NCBI GenBank assembly: GCA_964392865.1
Contig: CAYMRJ010000002.1
Span: forward strand, 67,574 to 103,809
Reading direction: 5' to 3'
Length of the DNA stretch: 36,236 bases
Source of the DNA: an uncultured Staphylococcaceae bacterium
GTDB lineage: Bacteria > Bacillota_I > Bacilli_A > RFN20 > CAG-826
Shown here: positions 1 to 8,917 of the stretch, in pieces
Layout of the letters: every line of letters starts with the position of its first letter
How positions within the stretch are numbered: position 1 is the first letter of the stretch
Program-made: the position numbers and the translations under genes
The notes under the pieces: model-generated
Told to the model about the DNA's origin: nothing
The model's input: only the letters and a program-made list of their open reading frames with translations
Database searches by the model: none

Positions 1-669
1 GGGAGTTTCGGCCGTCTCGTGAAGGAATTGCTCGATACCTTGCCTAGCGACGTCCGCATCAGGGTCGGTTCATTGGAAAGCAACGAAGTGGACGAGATCT
101 TCTTGGAAACGCTGAAAAACTCGGATGGGCGGTTGTGCCCCCATGTCCATATGCCCCTCCAATCGGGATGCAGCAGGACTCTCAAGGCCATGGGAAGGCC
201 CTACGATACCGAAGAGTATCTAAGGAAGGCCGAGGCCATCAGGGCTGCAGTTCCCGGGGCCGCCATCGCCGCCGACCTGATACTCGGCTTCCCGGGCGAA
301 ACGGAAGAAGACTTCCAGGAATCGCTCGCCTTCGTCGAAAAGGCCAAGATCTCCTTCCTCCACGCTTTCCCCTATAGCCCGCGTCCCGGCACCAAAGCCG
401 CAGGGCTAAAAAACGCGGTATCGCACGAAATAGCGAAGAAGCGGGCGCGGGCCGCCATCGCATTGGGGAATATCCTGAACAAAGAATATCTGGACTCTTT
501 ATCCGGATTAAGGGACGAGGTCCTGGTCGAGGAAGTCGGGGAAGACGGGGCAATGTATGGCCATAGCGGCCGCTTTGCCTATTGCCGCGTCGAAAGGAGC
601 CAAGGCCAAAAAGGGAGCCTCGTAAGAGGCATTTACGGCGATAATCTGAAGCCGATGGGAGATTTGTAA
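1..669 (+). CDS. mtaB: tRNA methylthiotransferase MtaB (radical SAM, MiaB family), 5'-truncated by the window edge
   Basis: Frame is open from base 1. Motifs RIRVGSLE, CPHVHMPLQSG, DLILGFPGETEEDF and HAFPYSPRPGTKAA, followed by a TRAM-like C-terminus. The H-x-FPYS-x-R-x-GT motif favours MtaB over MiaB/RimO. Confidence 0.8.
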   Translation, partial: GSFGRLVKELLDTLPSDVRIRVGSLESNEVDEIFLETLKNSDGRLCPHVHMPLQSGCSRTLKAMGRPYDTEEYLRKAEAIRAAVPGAAIAADLILGFPGETEEDFQESLAFVEKAKISFLHAFPYSPRPGTKAAGLKNAVSHEIAKKRARAAIALGNILNKEYLDSLSGLRDEVLVEEVGEDGAMYGHSGRFAYCRVERSQGQKGSLVRGIYGDNLKPMGDL

Positions 670-728
670 ACAAAATCCCTTTTCAGAAAGAGGGTTTGCA
701 AGGATAATTCAAAAAAGAGGGAACCAAT

Positions 729-1592
729 ATGCCAATGGAAAAGGAAATGATCGTAGCCGGCGTCGATAACGCCGCTCCCGTCCCCGAGTATTTGGTGACG
801 GACAAAAAGAAAGCCAGGAAGAAGATCAAGGGCATCGACGTCATCGCCGGCCTTTCTCTGCTTCTGGTCGGGGCCGCGCTGGCCGTCGCGATGCTCGCTT
901 TGTACGAATGGGACATCGGAACCATCTTCGATCTGACGGTCGGAACCGACCTGATGGCCGAATTCCTGCGTTACATCGCCGTGGCCGTCATCGGGATCTT
1001 CGTGCTGATCCTCGGGGCCTGCGGCTGCCGCAACGGCGTGAACGCCTTCACCCATTTCTTCGCCTTCGCCGTCTGCGTCCTCGCGGCCGTCGATGTTAGC
1101 GAAGGACTTGATTTCTCGAATCTCGTCTTCTCCGATCCGCAGCTGATCTATGCCGCGCTCTTCGCGCTCGGCGCGCTTTTCTGCCTCATCGCCTTCTTCA
1201 TCTCGCTGGCCGCCAGCCGCAAGATCGGGACCAACGTCACCAGGACCTGCTTCCTGATTCTCGGGTTCCTCCCGTCCTTCGCCTTCTATGCCTCGAGCTT
1301 CGTCCTCGCCGGCGTCTATTGCATCGCCGATTTCGTCGGGGCCATCGGAGGCACAATCACCCTTACCCTCCTCATCTGGGACATCTGCTACATGGTCGCT
1401 CTCGTCTTCGGGATCATCGCCATCGCCTATCTCTTCGTCGGCTGGGGCATGAGGCTCCTCGATAGGACCAAGAACGTCGATAGCCTCCGCCGCATCGAGA
1501 CGACCTACGTCACGACCCCGACCGGGGAAGTGGTCCCGGCCGAACCGGCTCCCAGGAAGAAAGTCATCTGGGTCGGACGCCGCCGCGGATAA
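729..1592 (+). CDS. Hypothetical polytopic membrane protein (287 aa, about 6-7 TM helices)
   Basis: SD-like AGAGGGA upstream, multiple long hydrophobic segments, basic termini and genome-typical codon usage. No family recognised. Confidence 0.8.
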   Translation: MPMEKEMIVAGVDNAAPVPEYLVTDKKKARKKIKGIDVIAGLSLLLVGAALAVAMLALYEWDIGTIFDLTVGTDLMAEFLRYIAVAVIGIFVLILGACGCRNGVNAFTHFFAFAVCVLAAVDVSEGLDFSNLVFSDPQLIYAALFALGALFCLIAFFISLAASRKIGTNVTRTCFLILGFLPSFAFYASSFVLAGVYCIADFVGAIGGTITLTLLIWDICYMVALVFGIIAIAYLFVGWGMRLLDRTKNVDSLRRIETTYVTTPTGEVVPAEPAPRKKVIWVGRRRG

Positions 1593-1639
1593 TATCGAAC
1601 GAAATTAGAAGAATTTGGACATTGTCTAAGCCTCGCGCG

Positions 1640-1668
1640 TTGACAGTGTCCTTTTCTTTTGCTTGAAT
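1640..1668 (+). promoter_or_regulatory. Putative sigma-A promoter of rpmF
   Basis: TTGACA (1640-1645), 17-bp spacer, TG-c-TTGAAT (1663-1668). Confidence 0.55.
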
Positions 1669-1695
1669 GGCGCCCGGAAAAGAAGGAAGAAAGCA

Positions 1696-1881
1696 ATGGC
1701 AGTACCGTTCAGAAGGACAGGGAAGACCGCCAAGAGGCTCCGCCGCACCCACTTCAAATTAAGCGCCGAAGGCCTCGTCAAGTGCCCGCACTGCGGCGCC
1801 ACGGTCAAAAGCCACCGCGTGTGCCCGGAATGCGGCTACTACGGCGGCAAGGACGTCCTCCATCTAGAAAAGAAGGACTAA
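1696..1881 (+). CDS. rpmF: 50S ribosomal protein bL32 (zinc-ribbon form), 61 aa
   Basis: [19 protein letters not shown]...CPHC...[13 protein letters not shown] at 1696 follows AAGGAAG. Confidence 0.97.
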   Translation: MAVPFRRTGKTAKRLRRTHFKLSAEGLVKCPHCGATVKSHRVCPECGYYGGKDVLHLEKKD

Positions 1882-1906
1882 GACCCTAACCCAAGCAAAT
1901 GCAACG

Positions 1907-1933
1907 AAAAAGGTCCCGCCCGGGACCTTTTCT
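1907..1933. terminator. Bidirectional intrinsic terminator between convergent rpmF and deoC
   Basis: AAAAAGGTCCCG-cc-CGGGACCTTTT inverted repeat with an A-tract and a T-tract. Confidence 0.8.
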
Positions 1934-1946
1934 CGTATTGCCTAAG

Positions 1947-2597
1947 CTACTTGCCTTCGACGATGGCGATCGAGGCCGAGGTCCCGAGGCGGGAAGCACC
2001 GGCATTGACCATGGCCTTGGCTTCTTCGAGATTGTGGATGCCGCCGCTGGCCTTCACGCCCATATCGGGCCCGACTGTTTTTCTCATCAAGGCAACATCT
2101 TCCGGCTTCGCCCCGCCGGTTCCGAAGCCCGTCGAGGTCTTGACGTAATCGGCCTTGGCCTTCTTGGCGGCCAGGCAGGCATTGATCTTTTCCTCATCGG
2201 TGAGGTAGCAGGTCTCGATGATGACCTTGAGGAGAGTAGGGGAGATGGCCTCCTTGATGAGGGCGATCTCTTTTTCGATATAGTCCCAATCGCCGTCCTT
2301 GGCTTTGCCGACGTTGATGACCATATCGACTTCCTCGGCGCCTTCTAGGACGGCCTGCTTGGCCTCATAGGCCTTGGCCTTCGGGCCCATGGCCCCGAGC
2401 GGGAAGCCGACGACGGTGCAGACCTTGACGCCGCTATCTTTGAGGAGTTCGGCGGCCAAGGGCACATAGGCCCCGTTTACGCAGACGGAGGCAAAGCCGT
2501 ACTGCTTTGCTTCTAGGCAAAGCTTTTCGATATCGGCTTTGGTGGCTGTGGCCTTTAAGTTCGTATGGTCGATGATGGAGGCGATCTCTTTATCCAT
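1947..2597 (-). CDS. deoC: Deoxyribose-phosphate aldolase, 216 aa
   Basis: IDHTNLK, VVGFPLG, EVDMVIN, LKVIIET, VKTSTGF and VKASGGI motifs. ATG at 2597 has GAAGGA about 10 nt upstream. Confidence 0.97.
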   Translation of the reverse strand: MDKEIASIIDHTNLKATATKADIEKLCLEAKQYGFASVCVNGAYVPLAAELLKDSGVKVCTVVGFPLGAMGPKAKAYEAKQAVLEGAEEVDMVINVGKAKDGDWDYIEKEIALIKEAISPTLLKVIIETCYLTDEEKINACLAAKKAKADYVKTSTGFGTGGAKPEDVALMRKTVGPDMGVKASGGIHNLEEAKAMVNAGASRLGTSASIAIVEGK

Positions 2598-2704
2598 GTT
2601 GGGCAAATCCTTCTTTCAATAAGCGATTGTAGCAAAAAAGATACCCCTAAAGCCTAGGGGGCGATATAATCACGCCTGCTGAGCGAAAGGCCGGGTGATA
2701 TTAA

Positions 2705-2881
2705 GTGACAGTCAGAACAACGGTTAGGGAAGGGGAAACCCTCGACGAAGCCCTCAGGCGCTTCAAGCGTTCCGTCAACAAGTCCGGCGTCTTGCTCGAG
2801 ACCCGCAAGCACGAGTACTACCTCAAGACCGCCCTCCGGCGGAAGATGAAGAGCGAACTGAGCCGCCGCAAGAAATGGTAA
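2705..2881 (+). CDS. rpsU: 30S ribosomal protein bS21, 58 aa (absent from the ORF track)
   Basis: Manual translation from GTG 2705 gives MTVRTTVREGETLDEALRRFKRSVNKSGVLLETRKHEYYLKTALRRKMKSELSRRKKW*. TATAAT at 2665-2670 and a GGGTGA SD lie upstream. Confidence 0.95.
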   Translation: MTVRTTVREGETLDEALRRFKRSVNKSGVLLETRKHEYYLKTALRRKMKSELSRRKKW

Positions 2882-2886
2882 GAGAT

Positions 2887-2910
2887 AGCCGCCCTAGGGC
2901 GGCTTTTCTT
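2887..2910 (+). terminator. Intrinsic terminator of rpsU
   Basis: AGCCGCCC-ta-GGGCGGCT followed by TTTCTT. Confidence 0.85.
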
Positions 2911-2979
2911 ATGCCTTCGTGCATGCCCATATAGGGAACTCGACACACCGAAGCGACATTCATATCGAAAAAGTTTCGC

Positions 2980-3016
2980 TGCAAACGGATGTAAGCCCTT
3001 TCTGAAACCGCTTACT
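2980..3016. promoter_or_regulatory. Cluster of cre/LacI-family operator-like sites upstream of the sugar ABC operon
   Basis: TGCAAACGGATGTA (2980-2993), TGTAAGCCCTTTCT (2990-3003) and TGAAACCGCTTACT (3003-3016) resemble the cre/LacI consensus TGWAANCGNTWNCW. Confidence 0.55.
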
Positions 3017-3023
3017 TTTTGGG

Positions 3024-3051
3024 TTGCATGGCCTAATAAACGGGCTAAAAT
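3024..3051 (+). promoter_or_regulatory. Putative sigma-A promoter of the starch/maltodextrin operon
   Basis: TTGCAT (3024-3029), 16-bp spacer, TAAAAT (3046-3051). SD GAAAGGAG at 3122-3129. Confidence 0.55.
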
Positions 3052-3139
3052 GGGCCCATGTTGATATTAGATTGGATTGGGAGCCCGGGGCTTTTCGTGC
3101 CACGGTCCCTAGTCACAAACGGAAAGGAGTTCTGATTTA

Positions 3140-4501
3140 ATGTCAAACAAGAAGAACCTGTTGGTCGCTTCGCTTGCCGCCCTTGGCCTCGTGGGCCTCG
3201 GTTCCTGCGGCGGGGACACGGACTACGATCTCACGATCTGGTGCCCGAGCGACTACAACACCACCCTCAATACCATCATCGAGAACTTCAAGGCCTCGAA
3301 CAGCGAGTATGCCGACCTCAACATCGGCATCACCGGCAACATCTCCGAAGGCGATGTCGGCGCTTCGCTGCAGACGGACTACGCCTCCGCCGGCGACATC
3401 CTCTTCATGGCCGACGACAACCTCAGGACCGGCGCCGAAGCCGGCGCCCTCCTCCCGATGACCGACGAGATCATCGAAGACATCGTCGAGCAGTCCGGGG
3501 AAGCCGGGCTCGAAGCCGTGACCCTCCAGGTCTACATCGAGAATCCGGAAGAAGGGGAAGAGAACCTCCAGGAAAATACCTACGGCATCCCCTACCGCAA
3601 CGACAACGGCTACGTCCTCATCTACGATAGCGCCCTCCTCACCGCCGAACAGGCCGGGAGCATGGAATCGATCCTCGAAGTCTGCGCCGAAAACGGCTAT
3701 GACTTCTGGTATCCGATCAGCAACTCTTGGTACACCCCGAGCTTCCTTTGGGCCGCGGGCGGCGAATTCACCACCGTCGTCAATGAAGACGGGACCGTGG
3801 AAATCGAATCCAATTTCGGCACCCAGGCCGTCGCGGACGGCGCCCAGGCCATCAGCGACCTCTACAAGCAATACGGCCGCACCACGACCGGCGGCGGCTG
3901 GCTGAGCGACGATAGCCAGTCCTCCATCGAAGCCGGCTTCCAGGCCGGGACCACCGCAGCCTGCGTCCTCTGGAACGACGTCAGCAACATCAAAGCCGTC
4001 GTCGGCGAGGATAGGGCCGATGACATCAAGGCCACGGTCCTGCCGACCATCGAAATCAACGGGGAAGCCCAGAGCCTCCAGACGTTCCTCGGCTACAAGG
4101 CCGTCGGCGTCAACGCCCGCGTCGTCACCGAATACACCGACGATGCCGAGATGACCCGCTACAATCTGGCCATGGCCTTTGCCCAGTACGTCACCAGCAC
4201 CGCGAGCCAGAAGCTCTTCCTCGACGAACTCGGCTACGGCCCGAGCGACATGAGCCTCTTCGACGATGCCAATGTCACCGGCAACGACTTCCTGAATGCC
4301 CTTAGCAGCATGTCGACCGCCGGGCACACCGTCGCCCAGGGCGTCAATGTCACCAACGACTTCTGGACCCCGATCGAGAACTTCGGCGCCTACATCCGCG
4401 ACTACGCCCAGACCGATAGCCAGTGGGGCAGCTACAGCAGCGCCCTCGAGGCCATCCAGTCCATCATCCTGGCCTCGACCGGCTGGGTCACCACGGACTA
4501 A
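3140..4501 (+). CDS. Sugar (maltodextrin) ABC transporter substrate-binding lipoprotein, 453 aa
   Basis: Lipobox LGSC, LTIW, GDILFMADDNL, YGIPY...VLIYD and FLGYKAVGVNA (MalE/MalX-like). First gene before two permeases and GH13 enzymes. Confidence 0.85.
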   Translation: MSNKKNLLVASLAALGLVGLGSCGGDTDYDLTIWCPSDYNTTLNTIIENFKASNSEYADLNIGITGNISEGDVGASLQTDYASAGDILFMADDNLRTGAEAGALLPMTDEIIEDIVEQSGEAGLEAVTLQVYIENPEEGEENLQENTYGIPYRNDNGYVLIYDSALLTAEQAGSMESILEVCAENGYDFWYPISNSWYTPSFLWAAGGEFTTVVNEDGTVEIESNFGTQAVADGAQAISDLYKQYGRTTTGGGWLSDDSQSSIEAGFQAGTTAACVLWNDVSNIKAVVGEDRADDIKATVLPTIEINGEAQSLQTFLGYKAVGVNARVVTEYTDDAEMTRYNLAMAFAQYVTSTASQKLFLDELGYGPSDMSLFDDANVTGNDFLNALSSMSTAGHTVAQGVNVTNDFWTPIENFGAYIRDYAQTDSQWGSYSSALEAIQSIILASTGWVTTD

Positions 4502-4515
4502 TCTGAACCCTCTTT

Positions 4516-4548
4516 GCCAGGGCGGGACCTCCCGCCCTGGCCTTTCTC
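4516..4548 (+). terminator. Strong intercistronic hairpin (mRNA stabiliser or partial terminator) after the binding-protein gene
   Basis: GCCAGGGCGGGA-cc-TCCCGCCCTGGC, a 12-bp perfect inverted repeat followed by a weak CTTTCTC tail. Confidence 0.7.
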
Positions 4549-4612
4549 TATCATCCGCATGCGCGGATTTCGCCTCATTCGTCATATCCGTTTCTTTTAG
4601 GGAGATTGAAAT

Positions 4613-7600
4613 ATGGTTGAAAACGAAAACCACGAAGCCCTTGCGGGCGAAGCCAAAGCCGGCGACTATTCGGCCTTGGCCGGCCTCGGGGACGGGGAGT
4701 TCGCCCCGGATCCCTGGGCTTTGAATGCCGCCCGTTCCATCGGGAATGTCGTCCTCAAGGCCCTCATCTGGATCCTTGGGTTTCTGATCGACATCGTCCT
4801 CGGGCTCGTGAAGATCGTGGCTTTCGTCTTCAAAGCCATCATCGGCCTCTTTGCCGGGGCCTATCTCCTAGTTAGGAAGCTTATCCGCATCTGGCGGGAC
4901 GTCGATTGGCCCTCAAGGCTAGGATTCGTCATCCAGGGGGCGGGGAACCTCAAGGCCAAGCAGTGGCTGGACGGCTTCGTTTTCCTTGCTATGGAAATCG
5001 CCTTCGTCCTCTTCATGGTCTTCATGGGAGGCGGATACATCTACGACCTCATAATCCTCGATCCGTCGGAAGTGACCTATACGATTCCGACGACGGGCCA
5101 GACCATCTACGTCAGCGGCAGTAACCAAGTCGTCCTGATGCTCGGCGTCGTGGCGATCCTCATCTGCGTCGCCTACGCCATCTTCTTCGTCATCGGCTTC
5201 CGCTCGATGTACGACACCCATCAGATCCTCCATGAGCCGGAATACGCAAAAGCCAGGAACGACGTTTCCTATGTCATCGCCCATTACGAGGAGTTCTATC
5301 TAGAAAAAGACGGGAAGAAGATCTACCTCAAAGACCTAAGAAAAAGGCAAATCTACAAGCTGATGGTCGATAAGTACGGCTATCCGAAAAGAAGCGCCGC
5401 CTACATCAGCTACGTCAATTTCCGGAAGATCGAAACCAAACAGGCCGGCGGGTTCCGCCGGGCCATCTGGAAGCTCCAAGACCGCTTCTATGCTTGCTAC
5501 AAGCCTTTCTATCTATGGCTAAGGGCCCATACGTGGGCGACTCCCCTCGAGCGCTTCACGGAGGCCAAACGGGCCGGCAAGGAAAACAAGGCCATCAATT
5601 TCGAGACCAATGTCTATCTGAACGAACAGAAAGCCTATGTCGCCGCCTTCTCCGATCCCGAACTATTGGTCGATTCGATCTACGCCCGCGATCCGAAGAG
5701 CCAAGCCAAAGGCGTCGAGGCCTATTCCTATTCGGGTATTCCCGATTTAGAGGGTGCCGCCCAAAGGGTGGCCCGCAGTTTCGAAATCGGCGATTCCGAT
5801 GCCCTAAGCATCGTGAAGGAAACCCAGAAGATCATCGCCGGGATTCCCTCGCAGGGGGATATCAAGGCCAGCGTTGCCGAGCCCTTCGCCCTAATCGCCG
5901 AAAAGCACGAAAAGAAGATCGCCAAATACACCCATTACGGCGAAACGATTGCTAGATATGAAAATCTAGCTACTGCTTATCGCCAAGGCGACGTCGTTTA
6001 TGAAACGATTGCCGCCGCCGGCGCTCTCGCCGACCTCGATCCCAAGAATTCGGCTATTGTCAATGCCCTCGCCGAAAAGCTGGGCCTCGACGAGAAGACC
6101 GCCGCGATCGTCGCCAAAGAAGGCGTGAATGCCATCAACGCTTCCTTGGCCAAAGGCCATGGGGAAGAGACCATTCAGGAAGACGTCCGGGGCCAGCTGC
6201 TACTTTCCGCCAGCGCCGCCGCCATCGCCGCCGGCGATTACAAGCGGAGGGCCAAGGAACTCTTGGAAGACGCCCCCATCCACGAAAACAAGACGGGTCG
6301 GGAATATCTCCTCGCTGAAAGGAAGAGGGAAGATACCGTCTTCCACCACAAATTCGACAAATACAACGAATACCATCGCCACCTCCGCGATTCCAAGGCC
6401 CTTGCCGATACCTTCGCGCAGGGCGAACTCCTCTACGATGCTCTCTTCCGGGCCGATCCGGTCAGCAAGAGCAACGGGGACGAGCCGCTTGCCATCGGCG
6501 AACGCCTGAAGTACCGCGAAGCGGTCCAGCGCGTGGTCGGGGCCTTCGAATTGCCCCTCGATCTGGCCAAGAAGGTCACCCGCATCGCCATCCAGCAGCT
6601 AAAGGCCAACGGAGCGATGGTCGGGCCCGACGAAGGGGCGAGGACCGAAATGGCGGCCGTCTACCGGGATCTCAGCCATTCCTACAGGCAGAGGATCGAG
6701 GACTATATCGAAACCAATCGCGATGTGCCCCTCGAGCAATGCCAAGGGATGGCCGATGCCTATGACGATTACCTGAAGCTGCGTCCCTTCTACGATGACG
6801 GGGAGCGCATCTTCACGGCCGCCCTCACGGATGCCTACGGATTGACCAAGAAGCAGGCCGAGCAGGTCTATGACGATTACAAGGCCGTCATCGCCTATAC
6901 CGGGGATGACGAAATGGCCTCCATCAATTGCCTCGAGAACAAGGCCAAGCAGATGCTCGATTACAAAGCCTCCTTGGAGAAGATGCCCCATAAGGGCAAG
7001 GTGACCGGCGGCTTCAAGCGCATCAAGGAATTCGCCGACGAGAAGTTCGCCGTGACGGTCATGACGCTACCGACCTTGGGCATCCTCATCGTCACCGTCT
7101 TGCCGCTCATCTGCTCGATCATCGTCGGCTTTACCAACTGGGACGGGAACCATACCAGGAACATCTTCACCTGGGACCTTAGTGGCTTCAGCGAGGTCTT
7201 CAACCTCTTCGGGGCCACGAGCGGCTCTTATGCCTATACCTTCCTGAAGCTCTTGGGCTGGACCCTTATATGGGCGGTCTTTGCGACCTTCACGAACTAT
7301 ATCGCCGGCATCATCTTGGCCCTTCTGATCAACCGGAAGACCATCAAGGGCAAGGCCATCTACCGGACGATGTTCGTCATCTCGATCGCCATCCCGCAGT
7401 TCATTACCCTATTGACCATCAACTTGCTACTAAGCAATACCGGGCCCATCAATACCTGGCTCTCTTCGACCTTCGATTTCTCCATCAACTTCCTCGGCGA
7501 TACCTCGAATTCGGCTTTGATCCCGAAGATCACGTGCATCGTCGTGAACATGTGGATCGGCGTCCCCTACACGATGCTATCGACCTCGGGCATCCTCATG

Positions 7601-7984
7601 AACATCCCCGAAGACCTCTATGAGTCTTCTAGGATCGACGGGGCCGGGCCGTTTAGGCAACTCGTGAGCATCACGATGCCCTACGTCCTCTTCGTCACCG
7701 GTCCTAGCCTCATCACCCAATTCGTGGGGAACATCAACAACTTCAACGTCATCTACTTCCTCATCGGGTCCAGAGGCCCCAATAGAGGCACGAACGGGTT
7801 GGTGGCGACCGCCAGCGACACCGACCTTCTCATCAACTGGCTCTACAACCTCTGTACCAACAACCCGCCGGAATACAACATCGCTTCCGTCATTGGCATG
7901 GCCATATTCGCCGTCTGCGCCTTCCTCTCGCTCGTCGTCTATAGCCGCCTCGGCAGCGTCCAGAACGAGGAGGCCTTCCAATAA
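4613..7984 (+). CDS. MalF/MalC-type sugar ABC permease, 1123 aa, with a ~600-aa soluble insertion
   Basis: C-terminal ~310 aa is a typical permease (WTLIWAVFAT, VNMWIGVPY, EAA loop LYESSRIDGA, QFVGNINNFNVIYFL). The N-terminal segment QGAGNLKAKQWLDG resembles Firmicutes MalF/MalC N-termini. Confidence 0.9.
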   Translation: MVENENHEALAGEAKAGDYSALAGLGDGEFAPDPWALNAARSIGNVVLKALIWILGFLIDIVLGLVKIVAFVFKAIIGLFAGAYLLVRKLIRIWRDVDWPSRLGFVIQGAGNLKAKQWLDGFVFLAMEIAFVLFMVFMGGGYIYDLIILDPSEVTYTIPTTGQTIYVSGSNQVVLMLGVVAILICVAYAIFFVIGFRSMYDTHQILHEPEYAKARNDVSYVIAHYEEFYLEKDGKKIYLKDLRKRQIYKLMVDKYGYPKRSAAYISYVNFRKIETKQAGGFRRAIWKLQDRFYACYKPFYLWLRAHTWATPLERFTEAKRAGKENKAINFETNVYLNEQKAYVAAFSDPELLVDSIYARDPKSQAKGVEAYSYSGIPDLEGAAQRVARSFEIGDSDALSIVKETQKIIAGIPSQGDIKASVAEPFALIAEKHEKKIAKYTHYGETIARYENLATAYRQGDVVYETIAAAGALADLDPKNSAIVNALAEKLGLDEKTAAIVAKEGVNAINASLAKGHGEETIQEDVRGQLLLSASAAAIAAGDYKRRAKELLEDAPIHENKTGREYLLAERKREDTVFHHKFDKYNEYHRHLRDSKALADTFAQGELLYDALFRADPVSKSNGDEPLAIGERLKYREAVQRVVGAFELPLDLAKKVTRIAIQQLKANGAMVGPDEGARTEMAAVYRDLSHSYRQRIEDYIETNRDVPLEQCQGMADAYDDYLKLRPFYDDGERIFTAALTDAYGLTKKQAEQVYDDYKAVIAYTGDDEMASINCLENKAKQMLDYKASLEKMPHKGKVTGGFKRIKEFADEKFAVTVMTLPTLGILIVTVLPLICSIIVGFTNWDGNHTRNIFTWDLSGFSEVFNLFGATSGSYAYTFLKLLGWTLIWAVFATFTNYIAGIILALLINRKTIKGKAIYRTMFVISIAIPQFITLLTINLLLSNTGPINTWLSSTFDFSINFLGDTSNSALIPKITCIVVNMWIGVPYTMLSTSGILMNIPEDLYESSRIDGAGPFRQLVSITMPYVLFVTGPSLITQFVGNINNFNVIYFLIGSRGPNRGTNGLVATASDTDLLINWLYNLCTNNPPEYNIASVIGMAIFAVCAFLSLVVYSRLGSVQNEEAFQ

Positions 7985-8910
7985 TGAAAGCACGTCGGAT
8001 CGCCGGCGATATCGCCGTCTACATCATCCTTACCGTATTGGCTATCCTTTGGGTATTGCCGATTGTCTGGCTCATCCTCCAAAGCTTCGGTAACCAAGCC
8101 GGGACGGCCGCGGCCGCCTCCTTCTATCCCAGTTCCTTCTGGCTAGGGAACTACAAGGGCATCATGACCAATACCCGTTATAACTACACGACCGGGGAAT
8201 GGGAGGATAGCATCTATAGCTTCTTCGGGTCCGTCATCAACGGACGCTTCTACATGGGGGCCTTCACCAATACCCTCGTGATCGCCCTCTTCGTCATGGT
8301 CATCAGCACTTTGATGACTCTGGCCACCGCCTACGCCTTCAGCCGCCTCCGGTTCAAGAGCAGGGCCGGCTTCATGCGCGTCATGCTGATCCTCGGGATG
8401 TTCCCGGGCTTCCTTAGCCTCATCATCATGTATTGGTTCATGGAGTCCCTCGGGATTCGCCAGACCATTTGGAGCATGGTCATCATCTATTCGGGCGGTG
8501 CCGGGATGAACTACTACATCTCGAAAGGCTTCTTCGACACCATCAGCAAGCAGATCGACGAAGCGGCGATGGTGGACGGGGCCACCCGTTTCCAGATCTT
8601 CTATAAGATAATCATGCCGCTATCGAAACCGATCGTCGTCTATACGGCCCTTACGGCCTTCATGTCGCCTTGGGGCGAATACATCACCTCGAGCTATGTC
8701 CTCGGCAGTGCATTGAACGAAACCAAGAGCAACTGGACCGTCGCCATCATGCTGAATGCCATGCTTAGCACTACCGACGGCAGGCGTGCCGAGTACTGGG
8801 GCCAGTTCTGCGCCGGGGCCGTGCTAGTCGGCCTGCCCGTCGCCATCTTGTTCCTCATCATGCAGCGCTACTACGTGAGCGGCGTGACCGGCGGGGCCGT
8901 CAAAGGCTAA
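7984..8910 (+). CDS. MalG/MalD-type sugar ABC permease, 308 aa
   Basis: TAYAFSRLRF, SKGFFDTISKQIDEAAMVDGAT (EAA motif) and C-terminal QRYYVSGVTGGAVKG. TAATG overlap with the upstream gene. Confidence 0.92.
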   Translation: MKARRIAGDIAVYIILTVLAILWVLPIVWLILQSFGNQAGTAAAASFYPSSFWLGNYKGIMTNTRYNYTTGEWEDSIYSFFGSVINGRFYMGAFTNTLVIALFVMVISTLMTLATAYAFSRLRFKSRAGFMRVMLILGMFPGFLSLIIMYWFMESLGIRQTIWSMVIIYSGGAGMNYYISKGFFDTISKQIDEAAMVDGATRFQIFYKIIMPLSKPIVVYTALTAFMSPWGEYITSSYVLGSALNETKSNWTVAIMLNAMLSTTDGRRAEYWGQFCAGAVLVGLPVAILFLIMQRYYVSGVTGGAVKG

Positions 8911-8917
8911 TGGACAT

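Noticed and set aside
2669-2699. Hairpin ATCAC..GTGAT that could sequester the rpsU SD (autoregulation)
   Set aside because: The 5' arm overlaps the TATAAT box and lies upstream of the predicted start site, so it would not be in the transcript.
3143-4633. 496-aa antisense ORF over the binding-protein gene, and similar antisense ORFs over the GH13 genes
   Set aside because: Shadow ORFs expected from strong C/G third-position bias of the sense gene. They show no recognisable motifs or expression signals.
3140-8910. ABC transporter lacking an ATPase gene as a novelty in itself
   Set aside because: Firmicutes carbohydrate ABC operons commonly share a distant MsmX/MsmK ATPase.
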